This document shows, piece by piece, positions 1 to 8,644 of a stretch of DNA of 64,000 nucleotides. The position numbers were made by a program, and so were the translations under genes. Numbering within the stretch: position 1 is the stretch's first letter; each line of letters opens with the position of its first letter. The notes below the pieces were generated by a model. That model was given only the letters and a program-made list of their open reading frames with translations. It had not been told where the DNA came from and did not search any database. This stretch comes from Caldisericia bacterium (GTDB lineage Bacteria; Caldisericota; Caldisericia; JAAYUI01): the NCBI GenBank assembly GCA_963674785.1, contig OY771555.1, forward strand, positions 1,120,001-1,184,000, written 5' to 3'.

Positions 1-1
1 C

Positions 2-490
2 CTCAGACTTGGTGCCGATAAAGCAATGATTATCTATAGAAGAACAATCAAAGAGATGACAGCAAGAGAAGAAGAATATCACCATGCTCACGAAGAGGGT
101 GTTGAGTTCAATTGGTTGACAAATCCTGTTGAAATAATTCCAGATGAAAAGAACTTCGTTAAAGCAATCAAACTCATGAAAATGGAACTTGGTGAACCAG
201 ATGATTCTGGCAGAAGAAGACCTGTTCCTATTGAAGGTTCAGAGTATGTTGAAGAAGTTGATACAGTAATTATTGCTCTTGGAACCTCACCAAACCCACT
301 CATCCCATCTGTTACCCCAAAACTCAAGACAACCAAATGGGGCAACTATGAGGCAGATGACAAACTCATGACAACCTATCCTGGAGTATTCACAGGTGGT
401 GATGCGCTAACAGGTGCAGCAACTGTAATTGAAGCTATGGGTGCTGGAAAAATTGCCGCAAGATCAATTGCTGAGTACGTAGGTGAATAG
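2..490 (+). CDS. C-terminal part of a GltD/NfnB/SudA-family NAD(P)H-dependent flavoprotein (5' end is outside the window)
   Basis: Frame is open from base 2 (LRLGADKAMIIYRR). Motifs EEGVEF, LGEPDDSGRRRP and FTGGDALTGAATVIEAMGAG are typical of the family. Confidence 0.85.
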   Translation, partial: LRLGADKAMIIYRRTIKEMTAREEEYHHAHEEGVEFNWLTNPVEIIPDEKNFVKAIKLMKMELGEPDDSGRRRPVPIEGSEYVEEVDTVIIALGTSPNPLIPSVTPKLKTTKWGNYEADDKLMTTYPGVFTGGDALTGAATVIEAMGAGKIAARSIAEYVGE

Positions 491-506
491 GTAAGAATTT
501 AGGTAA

Positions 507-535
507 TTGCCACAGATTGGTTTGTGGGATATAAT
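507..535 (+). promoter_or_regulatory. sigma70-type promoter for amrS, probably leaderless
   Basis: TTGCCA-N17-TATAAT, then 8 nt to the ATG with no SD sequence. Confidence 0.6.
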
Positions 536-543
536 TTAGTCTC

Positions 544-1566
544 ATGAAAAAAGCTGAGTTGTGGTTAACAGAAGGAAGAAAAGGTATCAGATGCACCGCT
601 TGTGTTAAGCGGTGCATCATTCCTGTTGGGAGAACGGGATATTGTGGTACAAGGGAAAATGTTGATGGAGAGCTTTTCTTAAACACCTGGGGTCATATTG
701 CTGGTAGTGGGTCGATGGACAATATTGAAAAGAAACCCCTCTATCATTTTTACCCCGGAACCCTCGTGTATTCTATTGGAGGATGGGGGTGTAATTTTAG
801 GTGTGGAATGTGTCAAAATCATCATATAGCACATATTGTTCCACATTTGTCAGATGGGGACATTGTCACACCAAAGCAACTTGTTGAAGAGGCAATCAAC
901 AAGAAGGCAAGAGGAATTGCTTTTACCTATAACGAACCTGCAATCTGGACTGAATACATAAGGGAGACATTCAAGTTAGCCAAACAATATGATCTCTATA
1001 CCGTTACAGTTACAAATGGAACATTTACAAAAGAGGCACTTGATTACATTGGTGAGTTTACTGATGCGAGTGCAGTTGATATTAAGGGGATGTCAGATAT
1101 CACGCTCTCACATGTCGGCGTTGAGGGGATTGATCCAGATGATATTCTTGAAAACACTATGTATGCAAGGGATAGGTGGGGTATCCATGTTGAGTGTATC
1201 ACAAATGTTATCCCCACCGTAAACGATCCAGATGATGAACTAATCTCAATTGCAACCTGGATAAGGGATAATCTTGGACCAAGAGTACCGTGGCATGTAA
1301 CAAGATTTTTCCCAGCCTTAAGGTTCAATCACCTGATGCCAACTGACCTGGCGGTTTTGAATAGAGCTTATAGAATTGGCCTAGATGTCGGTTTGAGTTT
1401 TGTTTATGTGGGAAATATTATGGGTGGCACTGGAACATCAACAATATGCCCCAATTGTAGGTCGATTGTTGTTGAGAGGGATGGGAATAAAATCAAGGAA
1501 AAACGAACTGTTGCCGGTAGATGTTCCAAATGTGGTGAACCTTTGGGGATCATTGAAGATACATAA
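544..1566 (+). CDS. amrS: AmmeMemoRadiSam system radical SAM enzyme
   Basis: N-terminal CxxCxxxC..GxCG, IEKKPLYHFYPG, CNFRCGMCQN, FTYNEP, C-terminal CPNC/CSKC. Confidence 0.9.
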   Translation: MKKAELWLTEGRKGIRCTACVKRCIIPVGRTGYCGTRENVDGELFLNTWGHIAGSGSMDNIEKKPLYHFYPGTLVYSIGGWGCNFRCGMCQNHHIAHIVPHLSDGDIVTPKQLVEEAINKKARGIAFTYNEPAIWTEYIRETFKLAKQYDLYTVTVTNGTFTKEALDYIGEFTDASAVDIKGMSDITLSHVGVEGIDPDDILENTMYARDRWGIHVECITNVIPTVNDPDDELISIATWIRDNLGPRVPWHVTRFFPALRFNHLMPTDLAVLNRAYRIGLDVGLSFVYVGNIMGGTGTSTICPNCRSIVVERDGNKIKEKRTVAGRCSKCGEPLGIIEDT

Positions 1567-1571
1567 TATAG

Positions 1572-2156
1572 ATGGAAAAAAATAAAAACGCAAAAATTAT
1601 TCTTGCTTCAAAATCCCCGCGAAGGGTTAAGCTGCTTGAGCTTTTGGGGATTGAGTTTGATGTTTGTACAGCGTATTTCAAAGAAAAGGAACTAGAAACC
1701 GCAGAAAAGACGGTTATCTACAACGCAGAAGGAAAGGCAAACATTATTTCTGAGATGCTTCCTGGAAACGTTGTTTTAGCTGGGGATACGGTAATTGATG
1801 TTGATGGAGAGCAGATCGGAAAACCTGCAGATATTTATACTGCAAGAAAAGTATTGGAGTTTTTGTCTGGTAAGACTCATCGTGTGATTTCTGCTGTATC
1901 GATGAAGATAACCGACTATGATATTGTGACCGAGCTGTCAGAAACTCATATTTCATTTGATACGCTCTCAAAAAAAATGATCGATGACTATATAAGGAAA
2001 GTGAGTGTCACAGATAAGGCCGGGGCTTATGGAATTCAGGAGTATGGGTATATGTTAATAAATGGCGTTTCAGGGGAGATTTCTAATGTAATGGGATTAC
2101 CACTTACTGCAACCTTCAAGCTGCTAAGGCTTGCAAGGAAACTTGGTTTTATATAG
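1572..2156 (+). CDS. maf: Maf-family nucleoside triphosphate pyrophosphatase
   Basis: LASKSPRR, AGDTVI, GKP, DKAGAYGIQ, NVMGLP. Confidence 0.93.
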   Translation: MEKNKNAKIILASKSPRRVKLLELLGIEFDVCTAYFKEKELETAEKTVIYNAEGKANIISEMLPGNVVLAGDTVIDVDGEQIGKPADIYTARKVLEFLSGKTHRVISAVSMKITDYDIVTELSETHISFDTLSKKMIDDYIRKVSVTDKAGAYGIQEYGYMLINGVSGEISNVMGLPLTATFKLLRLARKLGFI

Positions 2157-2166
2157 AATTGGGAAC

Positions 2167-2820
2167 ATGGCAAGAGTTAAGACACCTGAGTCGGCGATCT
2201 CTATTAAGGGAGGAATCAACGGGGCTATTATTCATCTAGACGATAGCTACCGATTATCGACGCTTTTTAATATGCTTGAGAAAAAAGTCAGACAAAATAA
2301 GCAGTTTTTTTCTCATGGGACAATTACGATAAACCTTAAGAATAGACTGTTTACTAAGTTGGAACTTGGGTATCTCAAGAATCTTCTGATGTTTAAGTAT
2401 GGAGTTGAAATCCGAACCGATTCAGCTCCCGATTCTGTGAATGCAGAAAATTCTGTCCCAACACCGGTCAAAGCACCCGAGAAAGCTAATGATGATGGTT
2501 GCAAAGTTATTAAACATACCTTGAGAGCTGGACAATATGTTGAATCGAAGGGTGATATTGTAATCATAGGTGATGTTAACCCTGGTGCTGAGGTGAAAGC
2601 TGGCAAGAATGTTTTTGTATACGGCATTCTCAGAGGTCGGGTTGAAGCCGGTGCAAATGGTGACTCTTCAGCATATATCGTGGCACTCGATTTTGAACCT
2701 GTGCAATTGAAGATTGGCGACAAGATTGCAACATCTCCAGCAGAAGGATTCAAAAGGGAACTTAGACCTCAAAAAGCGTTTGTCCATGATGGCTCGATTG
2801 TCGTCGAATTTCTAAGATAA
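2167..2820 (+). CDS. minC: Septum site-determining protein MinC
   Basis: TLRAGQ..GDIVIIGDVNPGAEVKAGKNVFVYGILRG beta-helix. ATG 2167 preferred as start. Confidence 0.9.
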   Translation: MARVKTPESAISIKGGINGAIIHLDDSYRLSTLFNMLEKKVRQNKQFFSHGTITINLKNRLFTKLELGYLKNLLMFKYGVEIRTDSAPDSVNAENSVPTPVKAPEKANDDGCKVIKHTLRAGQYVESKGDIVIIGDVNPGAEVKAGKNVFVYGILRGRVEAGANGDSSAYIVALDFEPVQLKIGDKIATSPAEGFKRELRPQKAFVHDGSIVVEFLR

Positions 2821-2868
2821 AAAACCAGAAGATTTGCCTTTTTTATGATTTAGTTTTATCATGAGGGC

Positions 2869-4560
2869 ATGAGAAAACTGCTTGTTTTTGTTGTTGTTTT
2901 GGGTTTAGTGCTTCCTATCTTAACATTGAACGCTGAGCAAATCGGGATATCCCTTCAGATCGGAAACGAATATGCGACAGTAAATGGTGAAAAAGTAAAG
3001 CTTGATTCGCCACCAGTCATTGTTAATGGGAGAACGATGGTTCCATTACGTTTTATTTCTGAAAGTATTGGAGCTGAGATTAGCTGGCAAGCTGAAACTA
3101 AATCAATACATATTACCCAGGAAAAACCTGAGATTATCAAACTTGAACGTTTTTATGATTTTGTTTCAACCCTATTTGATGAGGCAGAGGGTACTATTGA
3201 TTTTTTCATAAACATTGAGAGATTGGTTGAGATTAAAGATATTTTCAAAGGGAAAACAAATAATGATTTGAAGGTGAGAATCATAGCCATTTGTTCAAAA
3301 CCTTATTCTGATGCTTCTAAATTGGATGATGAGCTAGAAAATAATGGATGCAGATTGTTATGGTATAACACAGAAGATCCAATGTATGGCTATATTATCC
3401 GCGATGGAGCTGATGTTCTCTTGATTGATGAGAAGCTTTTGGTCTATATGTCAGATAAAGATCAGGCAGACGAATTGATAGTTAGCTTTGATTCCTATTG
3501 GAATTCTAGTGAAGTAGTTGACAAACCAACTCTTGTTGAGTTGAAACCACCCGAAGGTTTTATAAAAGTTCCAGCAAATCCAAAATTTGGAATTTCAGAA
3601 CCTTTTTATGTTTCAAAGTATGAGATGAAAATCAAAGGCGAGGATAATGGTGAGAAGGGATACAAGGAATCATATGTTGCAGAGTGCAGGGCAAGTGGGA
3701 CTCCTTGGATAGGTCTTACCCAGGTTGAAGCAAAGAAAGCATGTGAAGTGCTCGGTGATGGATATTCGCTTATCACAAACGATGAGTGGATGACAATAGC
3801 ACACAGCATTGAATCAAACCCAAAAAACTGGAGCGATAATGAAACCCACCTGGTTGGGCAGAATACAGCAAAACTAAATGTTGGAAACGTTTGCAGATAT
3901 GGTAATCGTGGAACTGGTGCAAGAATAAGTGTTGGTCAGAAGAAACCATATTACGGAGAAGGAGTATTGTCCGCATCTGAGAATGATGAACTCGGATGTT
4001 TCGGGTTCGAAGAGTTCTCGGCTGGAAGTTTTGGTATTGTTGAAAAACCTGAACTAAACTCAAATGGTTGGAATATGTATAGAAGAACTCACTATCTTTC
4101 AAACGATGAAGTCATATGGGATTTTTCAGGGAATGTTTGGGAATGGACAGACTGGTATATCGAGTGGTCAAAAGATAGAGCAAGAATTGATGACAATTTT
4201 GATGAGAATTATCTTGAGATAAATGCCTGTAATACTTTCAGTTCGAAGATGAAAGCAGAAGATATCCAGAGTTTGAATCCTGATATAACCGATTCTTCAA
4301 GGTACACAGGAGATAACTATTATCCAAACGGTGAAGACACTTATGGGATAACTGCTGACAAATATACAAATTTCAATTTGCTTGGAAGATTTCACCCAAC
4401 TAGCAGGGATAGAACTGCAGGTGTTGCTATGCGTGGATGTAGTTTGATGCACGGAGATTCAACTGCTGGAATATATTCGATTGCAATGGGATATGGACCT
4501 GATCCTGATCATATCCAGTGTAAAGTTGGATTTAGATGTGTATGGAGACCTGTAAAATAG
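2869..4560 (+). CDS. Secreted protein: stalk domain plus C-terminal FGE-sulfatase/C-type-lectin-fold domain
   Basis: Signal peptide, GRTMVPLRFISE, FYVSKYE, LITNDEW, DFSGNVWEW, RG...VGFRC. Confidence 0.75.
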   Translation: MRKLLVFVVVLGLVLPILTLNAEQIGISLQIGNEYATVNGEKVKLDSPPVIVNGRTMVPLRFISESIGAEISWQAETKSIHITQEKPEIIKLERFYDFVSTLFDEAEGTIDFFINIERLVEIKDIFKGKTNNDLKVRIIAICSKPYSDASKLDDELENNGCRLLWYNTEDPMYGYIIRDGADVLLIDEKLLVYMSDKDQADELIVSFDSYWNSSEVVDKPTLVELKPPEGFIKVPANPKFGISEPFYVSKYEMKIKGEDNGEKGYKESYVAECRASGTPWIGLTQVEAKKACEVLGDGYSLITNDEWMTIAHSIESNPKNWSDNETHLVGQNTAKLNVGNVCRYGNRGTGARISVGQKKPYYGEGVLSASENDELGCFGFEEFSAGSFGIVEKPELNSNGWNMYRRTHYLSNDEVIWDFSGNVWEWTDWYIEWSKDRARIDDNFDENYLEINACNTFSSKMKAEDIQSLNPDITDSSRYTGDNYYPNGEDTYGITADKYTNFNLLGRFHPTSRDRTAGVAMRGCSLMHGDSTAGIYSIAMGYGPDPDHIQCKVGFRCVWRPVK

Positions 4561-4588
4561 GTACTTTTTTAAAGTTAAAAGCCGGTAA

Positions 4589-4617
4589 GTAACTTTTCTA
4601 TACTAGCAGGCGTAGTA
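4589..4617 (+). promoter_or_regulatory. Possible ECF sigma promoter
   Basis: GTAAC-N17-CGTAGTA, matching the AAC...CGT pattern of ECF promoters, upstream of an AGGAGG RBS. Confidence 0.3.
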
Positions 4618-4647
4618 ATATTTATAACCAGAAAAGGAGGTTATAAA

Positions 4648-5376
4648 GTGAAAAAAGTTTTAGTACTAGCATTAGTAGGAATCATGTTGATAGGTGCAGG
4701 AGCTGTTGTTTTTGCAGCACAGACAGAAATCTGGGGGAGAGTCGAAAGTATTGATGGTAATGTAATTACTGCTTCCAATAACAGACTAGGTGAAATCACA
4801 ATCACAGTTGATAGCTCATCAGAGATTACAATTGATGGAGAAAGTGCATCAATCAGTGATATTGTGGTTCCATCTGGATTCAGAGGAACCGTTGAAGAAG
4901 TCAGTGAAAGCAACTATAAAGCAGTTGAGCTTGATTTCAAAGCAAGTTGTGCAGGTGGGGACCCAGGCAGCGGGGGACCAGGTAATGGTGGACCACCAGA
5001 TGGTGTGGAGCCAGGTTCATTTGTCGGTGGATTTGTTGTTAGTGTTAACGAGTCAACAAGAACAATTGTTATCAACAACAGAAGAGATGACACAGATTAT
5101 ACTGTAAAGCTTACATCGGATGCAGTAATCACAAAGGATGATGTTGAGGTAGCTCTCTCGGAAATCAGTGTTGATGACCACTTGATGTTTGATGCCGAAA
5201 AGCAGGATGACGGAACATATCTTGCAACCTCAGGGAGAATTGATGACATGCCAAGAGGCGGCGGAGCTGGTAACGGCGGCGGCACACCACCAGAAGATGG
5301 AAACAATGGTGGCAGAAAAGGTGGAAGAGGTGGACAGTCCGGAAGTGGCGGAAAAGGTGGAAGAGGAGGTAACTAA
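4648..5376 (+). CDS. Secreted protein with two DUF5666-like (OB-like) domains and Gly-rich linker and tail
   Basis: Signal peptide, repeated G.V.S......I.I...T..I..D.....S.I pattern, GGRGG tail, GTG start with AGGAGG. Confidence 0.6.
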   Translation: MKKVLVLALVGIMLIGAGAVVFAAQTEIWGRVESIDGNVITASNNRLGEITITVDSSSEITIDGESASISDIVVPSGFRGTVEEVSESNYKAVELDFKASCAGGDPGSGGPGNGGPPDGVEPGSFVGGFVVSVNESTRTIVINNRRDDTDYTVKLTSDAVITKDDVEVALSEISVDDHLMFDAEKQDDGTYLATSGRIDDMPRGGGAGNGGGTPPEDGNNGGRKGGRGGQSGSGGKGGRGGN

Positions 5377-5403
5377 AAACCAACCTTTCTAAACTTCTCT
5401 TTG

Positions 5404-5432
5404 AAAAGGGCAACATGAGTTGCCCTTTTTTT
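5404..5432 (+). terminator. Intrinsic terminator
   Basis: AAAAGGGCAAC-atga-GTTGCCCTTTT followed by a T run. Confidence 0.85.
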
Positions 5433-5609
5433 AAGAAACATATTCACTGCATTTGTGTCAAAGCTAGCGCAAGAAAAAATCAAATTTTGTTGTATCAAAA
5501 TTTTGAGCGAAAACTAAGCTGTTAATAAACCCGAGCTCACAGATTGCTAACAAAGTTGTGTTATTTATTGGTTAGATATTGATAGTTGATTTTTTAAAGG
5601 AATATAGAA

Positions 5610-6128
5610 ATGGAAAAAGTAGAGCACAGTTCACGGTCAATACTTTTAGGTGTTATCAAAGAGGAACTATTGGACAAATCAGCCAATCAGATCAGCAGAT
5701 TTGATTTGAGAGATGGGATGACTGTAGTTGATTACACTTGTTGTTCGGGGAAGAATTTGAAGGCTTTATCAGATATGGTGGGTGTAGATGGGGAAGTGAT
5801 TGCGGTGGATATTGACCCACGAGGCATAAAAACTCAAAAGAAAATAGCCTCACGACATAAACTTAAAAATGTAGAGATTTGTTATGGAACTGAGTATGAT
5901 TCGACTCTGCCTGACGATATTGCAGATGTTGTTATTGTTTCTGATTTGTTTTGCAAAACCAGGAGACCAGGTTTGATGCTTTCTGAGTTTAGAAGGATTT
6001 TGAAAAACACTGGAACTGTCTATGTTGATGTTAATGATAAATCAATGGAAGAGGCAATAAAAAGATTTGAAGAATCGAGCATCTGGACGATTGTTTCAAG
6101 ACATAAAAGTTACATAGTTTGCAAATAG
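5610..6128 (+). CDS. Class I SAM-dependent methyltransferase-like protein
   Basis: VVDYTCCSG (degenerate motif I), VIAVDID, LPDDIADVV, EFRRILK..G. Confidence 0.7.
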   Translation: MEKVEHSSRSILLGVIKEELLDKSANQISRFDLRDGMTVVDYTCCSGKNLKALSDMVGVDGEVIAVDIDPRGIKTQKKIASRHKLKNVEICYGTEYDSTLPDDIADVVIVSDLFCKTRRPGLMLSEFRRILKNTGTVYVDVNDKSMEEAIKRFEESSIWTIVSRHKSYIVCK

Positions 6129-6206
6129 AAGGAACTTGATCGATAACCGATTGTAAGATTTTGTGAATCACTTGAATGAAAGGTTTTGGATATCTAGAAT
6201 CAGTTT

Positions 6207-7322
6207 ATGAATAAAAAGATATTTGCTTTTTTGACTCTTGTTGCCTTCTTTGTAGCGACACAACTTACTTTTGGTTATCAGAAACCAGAGATGAGTATGC
6301 CGCAAAGGGCATTGAATAGCTATAATTCGGGTTGTCTTGATTGGGAAATTTCTGCAAATCTGACCTGTGAAAAACCAATTCCATTAAATGAAATGGTTCA
6401 TGGGATGGCAACATGGGGAGACCTGATATATGCGACAGGCACAAATGGGTCAATTTTTTGTATCACAAAGTTCGGTGCTTTGGTTTTTGCAGAACGTGTT
6501 CCTGAAAAACCAGTTGGGATTCCTTGTATTGATGAACTCGAAGTTCATGTGATGACTGAAAAAGGCTCTCTTTTCACATTCGATAGAGTTACGGGAGAGA
6601 AAAAATCAACAGTAAGAATTGCACCAGATGGGGTAACTGATATAGCAAGGTATGGGAATTACGCAGTTGTTGGTTCAAGCACGGGTTTACATTGTATAAA
6701 GATAAACAATGGTCTAAGAAAATGGAATGTTAGTTTATCAGGGCAACCACAGCCTGTTGCGATTTTTGATAATAGGGTTGTTGTCAATTACAATAGCGGA
6801 TTGATGTGTATTAGCCTTTTGACTGGTGATATTCTTTGGGAGAAAGAGGTTGAACCCGGAATAGATAAACCATTTTTCCTTGGTGTACCTGTGATTCATT
6901 TTGATAGGATTTTTATACCTTTGTCTGATGGAAAATTGGATTGTTATGGTCTTTACAATGGTGAAAAAATTTGGGAGGCAAAACACGGCTTTTCAAGGGC
7001 ACCTCCAACAACAGATGGTGGGAAGCTTTGGATCCCTGGTGGAAATCAGATATATTGTCATGATATAAAATCAGGAAAAATCCTTTGGCAGAAAGAAGTC
7101 GTTGGTAGTTGGGTGTTGTTTACGCAAGCCTTAAAAAGTGGAGATAAACTTTTTTGTGCTGGGCAAGGTGACGAGGTAGTTGTTGTTTCAGCTAAAAATG
7201 GTGAAGTTATCAACAGGCTTAAGTATATTGTTGGAACAACACAAGAGATTGCAGCTGGCAAAGACTTTATTGCGGTTGTCAATAACGGTGGCAAAAATAA
7301 TATCTACGTTTATCACCAATAA
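6207..7322 (+). CDS. Secreted PQQ-like beta-propeller (BamB-like repeats)
   Basis: Signal peptide and repeated L.C.....G...W motifs. Confidence 0.8.
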   Translation: MNKKIFAFLTLVAFFVATQLTFGYQKPEMSMPQRALNSYNSGCLDWEISANLTCEKPIPLNEMVHGMATWGDLIYATGTNGSIFCITKFGALVFAERVPEKPVGIPCIDELEVHVMTEKGSLFTFDRVTGEKKSTVRIAPDGVTDIARYGNYAVVGSSTGLHCIKINNGLRKWNVSLSGQPQPVAIFDNRVVVNYNSGLMCISLLTGDILWEKEVEPGIDKPFFLGVPVIHFDRIFIPLSDGKLDCYGLYNGEKIWEAKHGFSRAPPTTDGGKLWIPGGNQIYCHDIKSGKILWQKEVVGSWVLFTQALKSGDKLFCAGQGDEVVVVSAKNGEVINRLKYIVGTTQEIAAGKDFIAVVNNGGKNNIYVYHQ

Positions 7323-7337
7323 ATAGTCCTCTATATG

Positions 7338-7378
7338 AAAAAGCCCCCCAAAGCAGTTATTTCTTGGGGGGCTTTTTT
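7338..7378. terminator. Bidirectional intrinsic terminator
   Basis: AAAAAGCCCCCCAA...TTGGGGGGCTTTTTT between convergent genes. Confidence 0.85.
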
Positions 7379-7391
7379 GATTTCCTAGTTC

Positions 7392-8426
7392 TTATAGCTC
7401 GGTATTTATTTCAACCGCACTTTGACCCTCTTCTGGGGCGTCAATTTTGAAGATGATGTTTATGTTTGAAAGTCTGAAATGTGTAAATGTCTTGATTTTA
7501 CGAACACTTTCAAAAGCAGAGACGGAAAGGTCAACAGGAACATTTAGCAGATCACCTTCTTCAATACAAATTGAAGCCGTCAATTCAATCAGCAATTGTT
7601 GCTCAATTTCCTCTTCACCGACTTTTACTTTGTTGGGCACAACAGTTAGTGTTTTCAATCTTCGGGTTTTTCTTCCACCAACCATAAACTCACCAAAGTC
7701 TCTGACATAGTTAGAAGCCTCGAGTGCGAGATTGGCTCTTCCTACGGCATAATCGATGCTATTGAATACATCTTCAAAACCCTGATGCTTTCTTTCATTG
7801 TTGAGGAAATAACCGTCTCCGTAGTCGATCCATTGCTTGTCGCCAAGCTGAATGCAGTACTGAGGTGGTCTTGCACTGCCTTCAGTGCTTCCATCAGATG
7901 TAGGTGATTCTCTGCTGTAGTTTGTACTTAGTTTGAACTGGAATTTGTCTGGTGCAAGGAAGCTTCCCTCTTCTTTTACAGTGATCATATTCTCAGAAAC
8001 ACCGTGCTCAATATTGAAATCGAATGACTCGAGATGATCTATTCTGATCTGCTTGATTGGTGAAGGTTTTGGATTTGTGATTCCGAGAAGTTTCAGGTTT
8101 ATCTCGACATTAGAGGATGGATAGACTGCGAGCACATCCTGATAAAACGGTTCATAATGTTCAGTTGTGCAACTGAGTCTATATTCTCTTCCCTTGTCAA
8201 GCTGGGTGAAGAAAAATCTTCCATCAGTCTGTGTCACAAAAGAATCATCATCAAGATAAACCGTGACTCCTTCAAGTGGTGATCCTGTTGCTTCATCTCG
8301 GACATACCCATCTATGTATGTCACATCCTCTGGATCCTCAACGTTGCCATTGCCACATGCGGCAAACATGGGTATGATACCCACAATCAAAACAAAACTA
8401 ATCAAGTAAATAGCTATTTTTTTCAC
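7392..8426 (-). CDS. Lipoprotein with carboxypeptidase-regulatory-like domain
   Basis: GGAGG plus GTG start at 8426, lipobox FAAC, IDGYVRDEATGSPLEGVTV...TQTDGRF. Confidence 0.7.
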   Translation of the reverse strand: MKKIAIYLISFVLIVGIIPMFAACGNGNVEDPEDVTYIDGYVRDEATGSPLEGVTVYLDDDSFVTQTDGRFFFTQLDKGREYRLSCTTEHYEPFYQDVLAVYPSSNVEINLKLLGITNPKPSPIKQIRIDHLESFDFNIEHGVSENMITVKEEGSFLAPDKFQFKLSTNYSRESPTSDGSTEGSARPPQYCIQLGDKQWIDYGDGYFLNNERKHQGFEDVFNSIDYAVGRANLALEASNYVRDFGEFMVGGRKTRRLKTLTVVPNKVKVGEEEIEQQLLIELTASICIEEGDLLNVPVDLSVSAFESVRKIKTFTHFRLSNINIIFKIDAPEEGQSAVEINTEL

Positions 8427-8644
8427 AGTTAAACCTCCGACTGTTTTTTTGGTTCTAAACGTCAATACACACTCTAGCATAAAAAATTCACTTTAATAGA
8501 TGCTTAACATGAACTTGTATCTTTGCTGATGGTTTGTGATTTAACTGAATTTTATCTAATGAATATATCTTCCTTACTTGAACAGATGTCATCAATAGAT
8601 AGACTGGCAGGGTGCATTTGTATATGAATGAACATAAGGAGAGA

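Noticed and set aside
5255-5372. G-rich low-complexity repeats
   Set aside because: They encode the Gly-rich protein tail and are not a CRISPR array or DNA element.
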